Program-made: the position numbers and the translations under genes
Shown here: piece by piece, positions 48,753 to 57,469 of the stretch
Position numbering within the stretch: the first letter of the stretch is position 1
Layout: the number at the start of each line of letters is the position of its first letter
The notes under the pieces: model-generated
Told to the model about the DNA's origin: nothing
Databases searched by the model: none
Seen by the model: the letters and a program-made list of their open reading frames with translations, nothing else
Origin: Nitrospirota bacterium
GTDB lineage: Bacteria; Nitrospirota; Thermodesulfovibrionia; Thermodesulfovibrionales; Dissulfurispiraceae
DNA: 64,000 bases
Assembly (NCBI GenBank): GCA_963790025.1
Contig: CAWBMP010000004.1
Span: forward strand, 32,001-96,000
Direction of reading: 5' to 3'

Positions 48753-49138
48753 CCCGTCACGCCTGATTTGGATATAGTATTGTTTTTATTCATTAGTCCT
48801 CCCGTTTTTTGATCAATTGTTTGTAACCCATTGCCCTTCAGGAAGAAGTCTCCCAGACCTATCCCTCCTCGTTCAGCCAAAGACGTCGAGAGCTCCGACG
48901 TTATGGCAGGTAAAAAGGTGGAAACAGTTCTGTCTTGCCCAAAGGATGTCTGCTCCATCATAATTCTCATCAATTCATTCAGAAATACCGTTTCAATTTG
49001 TTTCGCGGCTATTGTGGCATCAGACTTCCCGGCGCCCTGTGTTGCAGGCTGTGCAGGAACGTCTGTCGGCTTGCCAACCTGCCAGCCTGCAAGCTTGTCA
49101 GCTTGTAACATATTGATATTATGTTCTATCCCACTCAC
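48749..49138 (-). CDS. flgJ: FlgJ-like rod-binding protein (no muramidase domain)
   Basis: AAKQIETVFL...M...LAERGGIGLG; follows flgI. Confidence 0.75.
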   Translation of the reverse strand: MSGIEHNINMLQADKLAGWQVGKPTDVPAQPATQGAGKSDATIAAKQIETVFLNELMRIMMEQTSFGQDRTVSTFLPAITSELSTSLAERGGIGLGDFFLKGNGLQTIDQKTGGLMNKNNTISKSGVTG

Positions 49139-50349
49139 ATTAGCACCAGATCTGCCTTGAGACTTCCGGCAGCCTTGATGGCTTGCAGTATTGCTACAAG
49201 ATCCCTGGGAGTAACGCCCAGGGCATTCAATCCCTTCACAAGCTCTCCGATAGTAGAGCCTTTTACCTGCACTAAATTCGTCTTTTTTTCCTCGACAGTT
49301 ACCTGTTTTTGAGGTATAACGACAGTCTTCGCACCTGCCGGCGCAAAGGGAGGAGGCTGTGAAACCTGATAATCCGTGTTAATTACTATGGTCAGTGAGC
49401 CGTGAGCGAGAGCAACAGGGCTGATCGTAACATTTTCTCCGATAACAACAGTACCGGTCCGCTCATTAATGATCACCCTGGCAGGGGTGTCTATAGTAAC
49501 ATTCAGCATTTCGACAGTTGAGATCAGGTCCACTACTTTATCGGCAAAGGCGTCAGGGACAATCAACGACACCTCTGATGGCCCTTCGGCTTTTGCAAAA
49601 ATACCTCCGAGGTGCTCATTAATTTTATTGGCAACCCTGGTAGCAGTTTCGAAATCCTGCATGTTAAGCAAAAGATCAAGACTGTTCCTCCGGTTTAACT
49701 GCACAGGAACCTCTCTTTCAACTATGGCGCCGTTAGGCACTGTTCCGACATTAGGATGGTTCTTAATCGTCTGTGTGCCGCCGCCCCCAGCCAAAAAACC
49801 TCCGATTGATACTGGTCCCTGTGCCACCGCATAGACATTATCATCAAGTCCCTTGAGAGGGGCTGCCAGAAGCGTCCCTCCCTGCAAACTCGATGAATCC
49901 CCGATCGAAGAGACCTGGACGTCGATTTTTCCGCCGGGCATGATCATCGTGGGAAGCTTCGCCGTAACAATGACCGCAGCAACATTCTTGGTTTTACCTT
50001 TTACATCGCCGGGGTTCACATTAATACCCATCTTGGCAAGCATATTGGCAACGGGCTGATAATAATATGTTCCGTCCCTGTCTCCCGTTCCGTGAAGACC
50101 CACAACAAGACCATATCCGATAAGATCATTCTCCCTCACGCCTGAAAATGCAGCTATGTCCTTTATACGCTCAGCATATGCTTCAGTAGGAAAAAAGCAT
50201 GAAAAACAAATTGTTAATGACAAAAGGCTAAAGGGCAAAGACCGTAATAGAGATAGACTTCTTAATGTTTTCCTGATCGAACCTTTAGCCTTCAGCCATT
50301 CGTCTTTTGCCGATTTATATATGAACATCTGCTTTTTACCACCCTTCAT
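49135..50349 (-). CDS. flgI: Flagellar P-ring protein (start uncertain: 50349 or 50328)
   Basis: ERIKDI, GYGLVVGLxGTGD, SLQGGTLL, INERTGT, ILQAIKAAG. Confidence 0.95.
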   Translation of the reverse strand: MKGGKKQMFIYKSAKDEWLKAKGSIRKTLRSLSLLRSLPFSLLSLTICFSCFFPTEAYAERIKDIAAFSGVRENDLIGYGLVVGLHGTGDRDGTYYYQPVANMLAKMGINVNPGDVKGKTKNVAAVIVTAKLPTMIMPGGKIDVQVSSIGDSSSLQGGTLLAAPLKGLDDNVYAVAQGPVSIGGFLAGGGGTQTIKNHPNVGTVPNGAIVEREVPVQLNRRNSLDLLLNMQDFETATRVANKINEHLGGIFAKAEGPSEVSLIVPDAFADKVVDLISTVEMLNVTIDTPARVIINERTGTVVIGENVTISPVALAHGSLTIVINTDYQVSQPPPFAPAGAKTVVIPQKQVTVEEKKTNLVQVKGSTIGELVKGLNALGVTPRDLVAILQAIKAAGSLKADLVLM

Positions 50350-50390
50350 AATGTCTTCCTTTAACCTTTTACCTTTAACTATTTGTTTTA
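50221..50390. repeat. Heptamer micro-repeat palindrome (AAAGGYT / ARCCTTT) in the flgI 5' region
   Basis: aaaaggctaaagggcaaag ... acctttagccttcagccattcg ... cctttaaccttttacctttaac. Confidence 0.7.
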
Positions 50391-50399
50391 CCTTTTTTA

Positions 50400-51152
50400 T
50401 CAGAACGGCCAAACTTTGTCCATTACGTTTAATAGCCAGCCTTGTGACTGCTTGTTATCAAGCTCGCCTTCACCAACTATGTATATCTTGGCGTCGGCCA
50501 CCTGCTGGGAAGCGATTGTATTAATAGCAGAGATATCCTCCGGCCGTATTATGCCCCGCACAACTATGATCTCCTTATCATTATTTATTATTGTTTCTTT
50601 TCTGGATTCGAGCACCAGGTTCCCGTTAGGAAGCACTTCTATCACCTTCGCGCCAATCGAAGCGGTAATAGTTCCTGTTCTTGCAGTGTCACCCTCCCCT
50701 TTCAAAGAAGTAGTTCCAGATCCCGAAAGACCGGTCTGCAGGTTCTTTACCGGGAATGAATAACCGGCCAGTCCCAAAGCGTTCGTCATGCTGTCGTTAA
50801 CAGAAGATGCGCGGCTGCTGTTCGTTGTCGCCTTATTTTGTGCTGTCGTAGTTTCAGTGATAAGAATGGTAACGATGTCATTAACCCGCCTCGCTCGCTG
50901 GTCTTCATAGAGCGACGCCCTGTCGGCCCAAAGAGAGCCTTCGCCTGTGTATGATTCTTTTTCTTTTGTGTGAACGTATTTTGGAGGCATGGGCTCATCC
51001 TTGATCTCACGCGCCTCCTTCAAACCGGAACAACCAAAAAGCAACAGAAGGCTAAAGGTTAAGGGTATAAGGTGAAAGGGAAAACAAACTTCCCTTCCAT
51101 ATTTCGCCTTTTGTCTTTTCTCTTCTGTTATTAACCTTTTACCTTTCACCAT
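50400..51152 (-). CDS. flgH: Flagellar L-ring lipoprotein
   Basis: Lipobox LFGC; GSLW, DQRARRVND, LPNGNL, QGWL...WPF. Confidence 0.94.
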   Translation of the reverse strand: MVKGKRLITEEKRQKAKYGREVCFPFHLIPLTFSLLLLFGCSGLKEAREIKDEPMPPKYVHTKEKESYTGEGSLWADRASLYEDQRARRVNDIVTILITETTTAQNKATTNSSRASSVNDSMTNALGLAGYSFPVKNLQTGLSGSGTTSLKGEGDTARTGTITASIGAKVIEVLPNGNLVLESRKETIINNDKEIIVVRGIIRPEDISAINTIASQQVADAKIYIVGEGELDNKQSQGWLLNVMDKVWPF

Positions 51153-51157
51153 TGACC
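51048..51157. repeat. Heptamer micro-repeat palindrome encoding the FlgH signal peptide
   Basis: aaggctaaaggttaagggtataaggtgaaaggg ... ttaaccttttacctttcaccattgacc. Confidence 0.75.
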
Positions 51158-51166
51158 TTCCACCTT

Positions 51167-51991
51167 TCATATTTTTACTTTTACTGTATCCGCCGAGACA
51201 AGTATTCCGCTGACCTCTTTCTTTTTAGAATCAAGAAGGACCCGTGCCACCCCGCCCACTACGGCATCATGATTCAGCACCCCTCGTGTAGAAATCTGCA
51301 TGCTTGCTCCTTCGACAAGAACTATTACTTCCCGGCCCTTTTTAATGTTCGATGTGTTGATAAAATTGTCAGACCGAAGTATTACGCCCTGCGCAATATT
51401 AGACTTAAGTTTCCTGCCTTTGATCTCACTTATATCAGTTATCGCACCCGACGGCAGTCTTGAATTCTTTTGTTTCACGGTATAGACATCCTCTTCAGTA
51501 ATGATCGTGTTGCTCGATATGGGCTTTGCAGCAACAAAAATATCTGTAAGGACGTCATATGCCGCTTCCACCCGCACTTTGAAAACCATTTGCCTGTCGT
51601 CATAAAGAGACACCAGATAGACGATTTTATTGCGGCCATTATATCCGTCCATTGCTATATTACGAACCGTGTAACTTTTGTCTTCATCCAGAGTGTCAAG
51701 GCCTTTTAGAATTCTTATTCCGTCAAGCTCAACGTTTGCAGAGACGGTGCGTACGAGCTCGGTCATAACAGCTTGCTTTATTGTGTCCATAACTTGCGGC
51801 CTGGCAGCAGCCAGAACAACAGCAGGCAGAAAAAAAGTAAGCAGTAAGCAGAAGGCAGTATGCAGAAAAATAGCAGGCCGTAGGGAGTAAGTAGTACGAA
51901 ACAAAGAAGAAAAAGAAGAATCTCGGATTCCCTGCTGCGCGGGAATGACAGTCAAACGTTTTTCAAAACTTTTGACGAGCTCGACCTTCAT
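51167..51991 (-). CDS. flgA: P-ring chaperone FlgA
   Basis: SAF-like C-terminal domain; between flgG and flgH; SD aaggag before ATG 51991. Confidence 0.85.
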   Translation of the reverse strand: MKVELVKSFEKRLTVIPAQQGIRDSSFSSLFRTTYSLRPAIFLHTAFCLLLTFFLPAVVLAAARPQVMDTIKQAVMTELVRTVSANVELDGIRILKGLDTLDEDKSYTVRNIAMDGYNGRNKIVYLVSLYDDRQMVFKVRVEAAYDVLTDIFVAAKPISSNTIITEEDVYTVKQKNSRLPSGAITDISEIKGRKLKSNIAQGVILRSDNFINTSNIKKGREVIVLVEGASMQISTRGVLNHDAVVGGVARVLLDSKKKEVSGILVSADTVKVKI

Positions 51992-52068
51992 CGGTTATTC
52001 TCCTTTTTCCCTGCTTCTTACTGTCTCTTGCCTTCTGCTTACGGCTCACTACTTACCGGCTTCTGCTT
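51836..52068. repeat. Heptamer palindrome (GCAGTAA / TTACTGC) spanning the flgA start, with nested REP-like half at 51925-51949
   Basis: agtaagcagtaagcagaaggcagtatgcag ... cttactgtctcttgccttctgcttac...; internal ggattccctgctgcgcgggaatgac. Confidence 0.75.
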
Positions 52069-52076
52069 ATTTTTTT

Positions 52077-52865
52077 TTACGATTTCATCGCTGCGGTGGT
52101 CTGCAGCATCTGGTCGGATGCCTGGACCGCTTTTGAATTCATGTCAAAGGCCCGTTGTGCTGTGATAAGATTTGCAAGTTCCTGGACCACATTGACATTT
52201 GAGTTTTCAAGAAATCCCTGGCTTATATCGCCAAACCCTTCGGCATCTGGAGTACCTGTTATGGGGTCGCCTGAAGAATCAGTGGCGAGAAATAAATTTT
52301 TACCGATGGCCTGCAGCCCTCCGGGATTTATGAAGCGTGCCAAGGTGATCTGACCTGCCTGTGCCGGTTGTGTTTGTCCTGCTGATAGTATATTGACAAT
52401 GCCGTCATAGGTCACTGTTACTTTTGTGGCGGTTGTAGGGATCTGGACCCCTGGGGAAAGAAGGTAACCATCGGGGTTCACAATATTTCCATCTTTATCG
52501 AGGCTGAAATTGCCTGCCTTTGTATACGCAGTGGTACCGTCAGGCCTTTGGAGCTGGAAAAACCCGTCACCCTCAATCACAAGATCAAGATCGTTCCCTG
52601 TATTTATAAAGTCTCCCTGGGTAAAAAGCTTTTGTACTGCCACAGGTTTTACGCCGAGTCCGACCTGAATGCCGGAAGGCACCTGCATCCCTGTTTCAGA
52701 CGGTGCCCCGGGAGCCCTCAACTGCTGATATAACAGGTCTTCAAACTCTGCCCGACCGGCTTTATAACCAGTCGTATTGACATTCGCAATGTTGTTGGAT
52801 ATAACATCAACATTCAACTGCTGGGCTTCCATCCCGGTTGCTGCTGTAAAAAGCGATCTGATCAT
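52077..52865 (-). CDS. flgG: Distal rod protein FlgG
   Basis: SNNIANVNTTGYK, FEDLLYQ, LENSNV, AQRAF. Confidence 0.96.
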   Translation of the reverse strand: MIRSLFTAATGMEAQQLNVDVISNNIANVNTTGYKAGRAEFEDLLYQQLRAPGAPSETGMQVPSGIQVGLGVKPVAVQKLFTQGDFINTGNDLDLVIEGDGFFQLQRPDGTTAYTKAGNFSLDKDGNIVNPDGYLLSPGVQIPTTATKVTVTYDGIVNILSAGQTQPAQAGQITLARFINPGGLQAIGKNLFLATDSSGDPITGTPDAEGFGDISQGFLENSNVNVVQELANLITAQRAFDMNSKAVQASDQMLQTTAAMKS

Positions 52866-52884
52866 AAAACCTCCAATTTAGTCT

Positions 52885-52983
52885 AACGGCAAAAGGGTAA
52901 AGGCCAAAGGAAACAGATAAGAAATAAACATCAAAAATCTTCCACTTCTTCCGCCTTTAGCCATCAGCCCTTTGCCCTTTGCG
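52885..52983. repeat. Palindromic heptamer micro-repeat (AAAGGGC / GCCCTTT)
   Basis: ggcaaaagggtaaaggccaaagg ... gcctttagccatcagccctttgccctttg. Confidence 0.75.
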
Positions 52984-52989
52984 ATTTTT

Positions 52990-53715
52990 TTAAACTTTTG
53001 CAATTTGCGTAACGGTCTTCTCTGCCAGTGTATCAAAGTTCTTTATAACAGTCTGCGCCGCTTCAAACTGTCTTGAGGCCGTTATAATTCCAACCATCTC
53101 CTTAATAGGGTTCACATTGGACATCTCAAGATTACCTTGCAGTATTTGTGCGTCCGAGACACCAGTCTCAGTGCCCGAAATCATGGAGTTACCGATATAT
53201 GACATGGAAGACTGATCGAGCTTTACCACTTTCAGCTTGCCCATGGTGTTTCCATCCATAAAAATGGTACCGTCTGCCGAGATCTCAATTTTCGAGCCCT
53301 GTATGAGTATCGGTCTGTTTGCCGTATCAAGGACCTGCTGCCCGGTCGCGTCTACAATAAAACCTGCTTTATCACGGCTGAAATTGCCGTTTCTTGTGTA
53401 ATATATATTGTTCTTTCCCTGCACCGCAAAATAACCGTCTCCCTTCAAAGCAAGATCAAGTGGGTTCCCTGTTGCCCTCACGTCGCCATCCGATAAGTCA
53501 ATTGAATATTGCCCGAAGTAAGTCATGTCATTTGCACCGGAATAGGCGGCTTTCTGCTTGTCTGTCACTCCCTCAAGAAGCGGATAAAGCCGGGAGGCAA
53601 ATGATGTCCGTTTATATCCGGTAGTATTGGCATTGGCCAGGTTATGGGCCACATTGTCCAGTTCCTGGTCCCTGATCATCGCTCCGGTCATTGCGACATA
53701 TATCCCTTTATACAT
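52990..53715 (-). CDS. flgF: Proximal rod protein FlgF
   Basis: NLANANTTGYK, TGNPLDLA, YTRNG, LEMSNV. Confidence 0.9.
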   Translation of the reverse strand: MYKGIYVAMTGAMIRDQELDNVAHNLANANTTGYKRTSFASRLYPLLEGVTDKQKAAYSGANDMTYFGQYSIDLSDGDVRATGNPLDLALKGDGYFAVQGKNNIYYTRNGNFSRDKAGFIVDATGQQVLDTANRPILIQGSKIEISADGTIFMDGNTMGKLKVVKLDQSSMSYIGNSMISGTETGVSDAQILQGNLEMSNVNPIKEMVGIITASRQFEAAQTVIKNFDTLAEKTVTQIAKV

Positions 53716-53751
53716 AAGCGCATCACCTCAATCAATATTGAAATAAGAGAA

Positions 53752-53767
53752 AGCAATAACAATGCCA
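53752..53767 (-). promoter_or_regulatory. Sigma54 (-24/-12) promoter for the flgF operon
   Basis: TGGCAT-TGTTA-TTGCT with exact consensus spacing, 37 bp upstream of flgF. Confidence 0.8.
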
Positions 53768-53823
53768 GAAATACGTCAAGCGTCGAGCGCCAAAAGAAGG
53801 TGAGCAAACTGCCTGTTTTGATG

Positions 53824-53904
53824 GTCATTGCGGGCCCTGACTTATCAGGCGCAGCAATCTCAGGGGTTCAACAACGCAGATTCCTTAGATTCACTCGCAA
53901 GGAC
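53824..53904. repeat. Degenerate REP-like doublet (GTCATTGCG...GCAATCT / AGATT...CGCAAxGAC)
   Basis: gtcattgcgg...gcagcaatctc ... agattcct...ctcgcaaggac. Confidence 0.6.
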
Positions 53905-53984
53905 AACTGTTTTCCTTGTTTTTTTTATGTTGCTTGTGGCTCTTAACGCATCCAGGCGGGAAAATTTTACCTGAGGCGGGAAAA

Positions 53985-54185
53985 TTATACCTCTATATCG
54001 ATACCTTCGCGCATCTCTTTCGCAGACTTCAACAACTCTTTTTCTTTCTGCCGGGACTCCTCTTCGTCTTCGGGGCGATTTTTTTTCTTCTTCACAATGC
54101 GGGTCTTGGGCAGGACATAGCCCGAGCCGATATTCCTCACCCCCGTAATCCTGTATAAGTCCGTTATGCCATCATAATCAGCCAT
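53985..54185 (-). CDS. 66-aa charged hypothetical protein in the flagellar cluster
   Basis: ORF ending GIDIEV, preceded by a sigma28-like promoter. Confidence 0.6.
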   Translation of the reverse strand: MADYDGITDLYRITGVRNIGSGYVLPKTRIVKKKKNRPEDEEESRQKEKELLKSAKEMREGIDIEV

Positions 54186-54195
54186 CTTGCCTTAT

Positions 54196-54222
54196 TTATC
54201 GAATAAAATCATAATTACTTTA
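54196..54222 (-). promoter_or_regulatory. Sigma28 (FliA) promoter
   Basis: TAAA-15-TTCGATAA ending 10 nt before ATG 54185. Confidence 0.65.
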
Positions 54223-54238
54223 AAAAACAGGTAAAAGG

Positions 54239-55079
54239 CTACAGCAAATTAGTTCTTTGCTCCGCATGACAGTGCTTCAGCCTTTCCTGCAATGAGTTAA
54301 ACTGTGTTGTCGTCAGCCCAAGCTGCTCAAAGCCAATTTGGCTAAAATCTATTGCAGTACGCATCCCTATTCCCATGTGCAGACACATCGCATCGGCTAC
54401 CTGAACAATCTGGCACATAGTCTCGTAGCCGCTGTCTTGAAAGGCAGGATACTGTTCAGCATGATGGTATTCAATTACCGCCTCAAGGTTCCGCGGCAGC
54501 TTCCACTTCCTGGCAATAAGCGCCCCGACATTGCAGTGATTGAATCCCAAAATTTCATCCTCGGCAACAATAGAGTTAAGTTTCTCCTGATCAACCTTTT
54601 TTATAACAGCTTTGTATTGCTCAGGCAGACTATTGTTGATAACGATCTTTCCCATATCATGTATGAGACCGCCGATCAGCGCCTCTTCCGGTATCAGCAT
54701 CCCGGTCTCAGCCGCCAGGAGTGCCGCCGCAATAGACACACCGAGGCTGTGCTCCCAATGCTGCTGCTCGAATAGTCCGAATTTCCTGTGGAGAATCTTT
54801 TAGTGAGGCAGCCGCCACCAGAGACTTCATTGAACTAAAGCCGATAAGAATTATAGCCGTGGAAATAGTATCAATCCCCCTGCCGCGGCCGTAATATGGC
54901 GAATTGGCTATTCTCAAGAGACGGGTCGAAAACGATTCATCCTGGGAGATAATCTCTTCCAGCTGATTGATGGAAGTAAAATCACTGCTGACAAGCTGAA
55001 GAACTTTTGATGCCACAGGAGGCAGACTCGGGACATCGACGGTTTCAAGAATAATCTTTTCCAGCACGTCTTCTTTCAT
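54239..55079 (-). pseudogene. HDOD-domain protein with a single +1 frameshift near 54794 (real or sequencing error)
   Basis: PSLP...LRIANSPYY...IGF in one frame; WEHS...GLIHDMGK...HCNVG...WKLP...HH in the next; removing one base restores LKDLHRKFGLFEQQHWEHS. Confidence 0.85.
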
Positions 55080-55102
55080 CAGCTCTCCATTGGTTGTTTA
55101 TA

Positions 55103-55134
55103 AGTATATGAGTGCACCCATTTACTCATACACT
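55103..55134. repeat. Minimal octamer palindrome of the 3498-3588 type
   Basis: agtatatgagtg-cacccatttactcatacact, overlapping the cheB stop codon. Confidence 0.5.
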
Positions 55135-56187
55135 ATTAACTATTTCTCCTGCCATTTCTTCCAGTGGAAGCACTTTATCAGCGATTCCCGCATCTACCAC
55201 TGCCTTCGGCATACCATATACTACACAAGTTTCCTCATCCTGTGCAAATATGCGCCCCCCTGATTTTTTTAGGTTGATCAATCCTTTCAGGCCGTCATTC
55301 CCCATGCCGGTCAGTATTATGCCCAGTGCCCTGTCTGGGAAAAATTCGGCAACTGAAGACATCAGTGCGTCCACGGAAGGCCTGTATATGAATTCCTCTT
55401 TATTGACCGAAATGCTTATTATTGTCTCTATACCCCTTACCCTGGTTAAACGCATATGGCCCCGGCCCGGAGCAATCAGGGCCAATCCCGGCTTTACAGG
55501 CTCTCCTTCCACAGCCTCCCTGACTTCTATCTGACTCAACTGATTCAGCCTTTCAGCAAACGGACCGGTAAAGTTGGGCGGCATGTGCTGGGCAATAACA
55601 ATAGGGACGGGAAAGTCCTTCGGAAGTTTAGGTATTATCTCCTGCAGGGCCTTGGGCCCGCCGGTGGACGTGCCGATGGAGACAATTCCAACCCTGCGTG
55701 CGCCCACGGTCCTGAGCGGCATATGTGTCGGGACCTCAGTTACTCTCGGAGCTGCCGTCCCGGAGACCTGCCTGATGCGCTTTTTAACCATCCCCCTCCT
55801 TGCGATGTTCTTTATTTTGTCGAGCAGTATCTCCTTGATCTTCACAATATTGACAGAAAGGTCCGAGAGGTTTTTTGGGATAAAATCAACAGCGCCCAGA
55901 TCCAGGGCATCCAATGTTACCTTTGCGCCTTCCGTCGCTATTGAACTCACCATAATTACAGGCAAAGGGTTTGTCTCCATAATTTTCTTTAATGCGGCGA
56001 TCCCGTCCATTCTTGGCATTTCAATATCCATGGTGACAACATCCGGCTTAAGGGCCACGATCTTTTCAATCGCTTCAAGTCCATCTCTTGCCGTGCCGAC
56101 AATTTTGATTTCGGGATCAGAGGAAAGCATGGTGGACAACGCATTCCGCATGAAAGCCGAATCATCAACAATAAGAATTTTTACCAT
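55126..56187 (-). CDS. cheB: Chemotaxis methylesterase CheB
   Basis: Receiver domain plus GTSTGGP, QHMP, RPSVD, LTGMGNDG. Confidence 0.96.
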   Translation of the reverse strand: MVKILIVDDSAFMRNALSTMLSSDPEIKIVGTARDGLEAIEKIVALKPDVVTMDIEMPRMDGIAALKKIMETNPLPVIMVSSIATEGAKVTLDALDLGAVDFIPKNLSDLSVNIVKIKEILLDKIKNIARRGMVKKRIRQVSGTAAPRVTEVPTHMPLRTVGARRVGIVSIGTSTGGPKALQEIIPKLPKDFPVPIVIAQHMPPNFTGPFAERLNQLSQIEVREAVEGEPVKPGLALIAPGRGHMRLTRVRGIETIISISVNKEEFIYRPSVDALMSSVAEFFPDRALGIILTGMGNDGLKGLINLKKSGGRIFAQDEETCVVYGMPKAVVDAGIADKVLPLEEMAGEIVNSV

Positions 56188-57366
56188 CTAGAATCCAAAA
56201 TCTTTCAGCAGATCGTCGACGTCCTCTTGTGAAACTTTTTCCGGGGCTGCAATATCCGCTTTCAGACCCGTCTCAGATTTGGAGCCGAACGTCGTTACAA
56301 GTTTTACCAGCTCTTCTTCGATATCTCCGACAAGTTTTATGACCTTCTTTATAGTCTGCCCTGTAAGGTCCTGGAAAGACTGGGTCGTAAGAATTTCGGT
56401 CAAATCATCCTCAAACCCTGACTTGAATGTCTTGAGATACTGGACAGATTCTTCAGGCCCCTGCAGATTTCGTATATGTGAAGCCAGTTCATCCATGGTC
56501 AATATATGTTTTTCGACTATCCCCATGGTCCGGTTCGCAGCATCTTCCGTCTTCTCGATAACAAACTGCAACTGGTCAACTGCATTAGGCATCTCGGTGG
56601 CCGCCATATCTTTGAGTTTCGGATTAAGCGTTTCCTTAAAGCTTCGTATAGTATCATGGAGCTTGCGCGTTACCTTGCCGACCTCCCGGAAGAGATCATT
56701 CTGTCCTTTCTTCATTATGCTCTGGGCAGCGATGTCGGCTTTCTCAAAGTCCTCGCCTGCAATCGCATTCATGAAGCCGACCATGTCATCAAAAAGAGCA
56801 TAACGAGGATCTGAGGGGGCCACCCCCTGCCGCGAAAAGAAATTTTTAGCTTCGAGCACTTCTTTGACCAGCGTTTCTCCTCCTATCCCCTCAACCTTCT
56901 TAATCACCTCGACCTGATCACCTGTTTCCTTCACTTCATAAATTTCATCTTCAAACATGCTCATGTCTTCGAGAGGGATCAGCTTCCTTGTATCCAGCAG
57001 TACGAGCAATTTCTCGCCGACCTTTGCAACTCCTGACACGATCTCGGAGGTGTTAAAGTCTGTGGGCGGCTCTATCGATGAATCCTCTATCGTAATTACA
57101 CCCGTTATTTCATCAATAAGCACTCCGAAAGTAATCCGGCCGGTTGTTACGACAATGACTTTCTCTCCTATGGAATCTCCTCCGAAGCCGGCAAGTTTTT
57201 TTAGATTGACGATGGGAATAATCCTTCCCCTGAGGTTTGTGATCCCCTCTATATAATGAGGTACCTGCGGCAGTTTGGTCAGGCGCGGCAGATTAACAAT
57301 CTCCTGAACCTTCAGAATAGGAATGGTGTATTCATTATTATTCATGGTAAAACCTATATACTGCAT
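56188..57366 (-). CDS. CheW-CheZ fusion protein
   Basis: N-terminal CheW (GITNLRGRIIPIV); C-terminal CheZ (VGKVTRKLHD, TEDAANRTM, QSFQDLTGQ, SQEDVDDLLKDFGF). Confidence 0.9.
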   Translation of the reverse strand: MQYIGFTMNNNEYTIPILKVQEIVNLPRLTKLPQVPHYIEGITNLRGRIIPIVNLKKLAGFGGDSIGEKVIVVTTGRITFGVLIDEITGVITIEDSSIEPPTDFNTSEIVSGVAKVGEKLLVLLDTRKLIPLEDMSMFEDEIYEVKETGDQVEVIKKVEGIGGETLVKEVLEAKNFFSRQGVAPSDPRYALFDDMVGFMNAIAGEDFEKADIAAQSIMKKGQNDLFREVGKVTRKLHDTIRSFKETLNPKLKDMAATEMPNAVDQLQFVIEKTEDAANRTMGIVEKHILTMDELASHIRNLQGPEESVQYLKTFKSGFEDDLTEILTTQSFQDLTGQTIKKVIKLVGDIEEELVKLVTTFGSKSETGLKADIAAPEKVSQEDVDDLLKDFGF

Positions 57367-57381
57367 ACTTCCTCCTTAAAA

Positions 57382-57459
57382 TACGTCTACAGCGTACTGC
57401 GTTAAAAACCTAAAACCAGTCTTTAAAACACAGAACGCCGAACGCAGTACTCATACCGC
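57382..57459. repeat. Palindromic heptamer micro-repeat (AGCGT / ACGC type)
   Basis: cagcgtactgcgtt ... aacgccgaacgcagtac. Confidence 0.6.
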
Positions 57460-57469
57460 TTAAGTCCGT

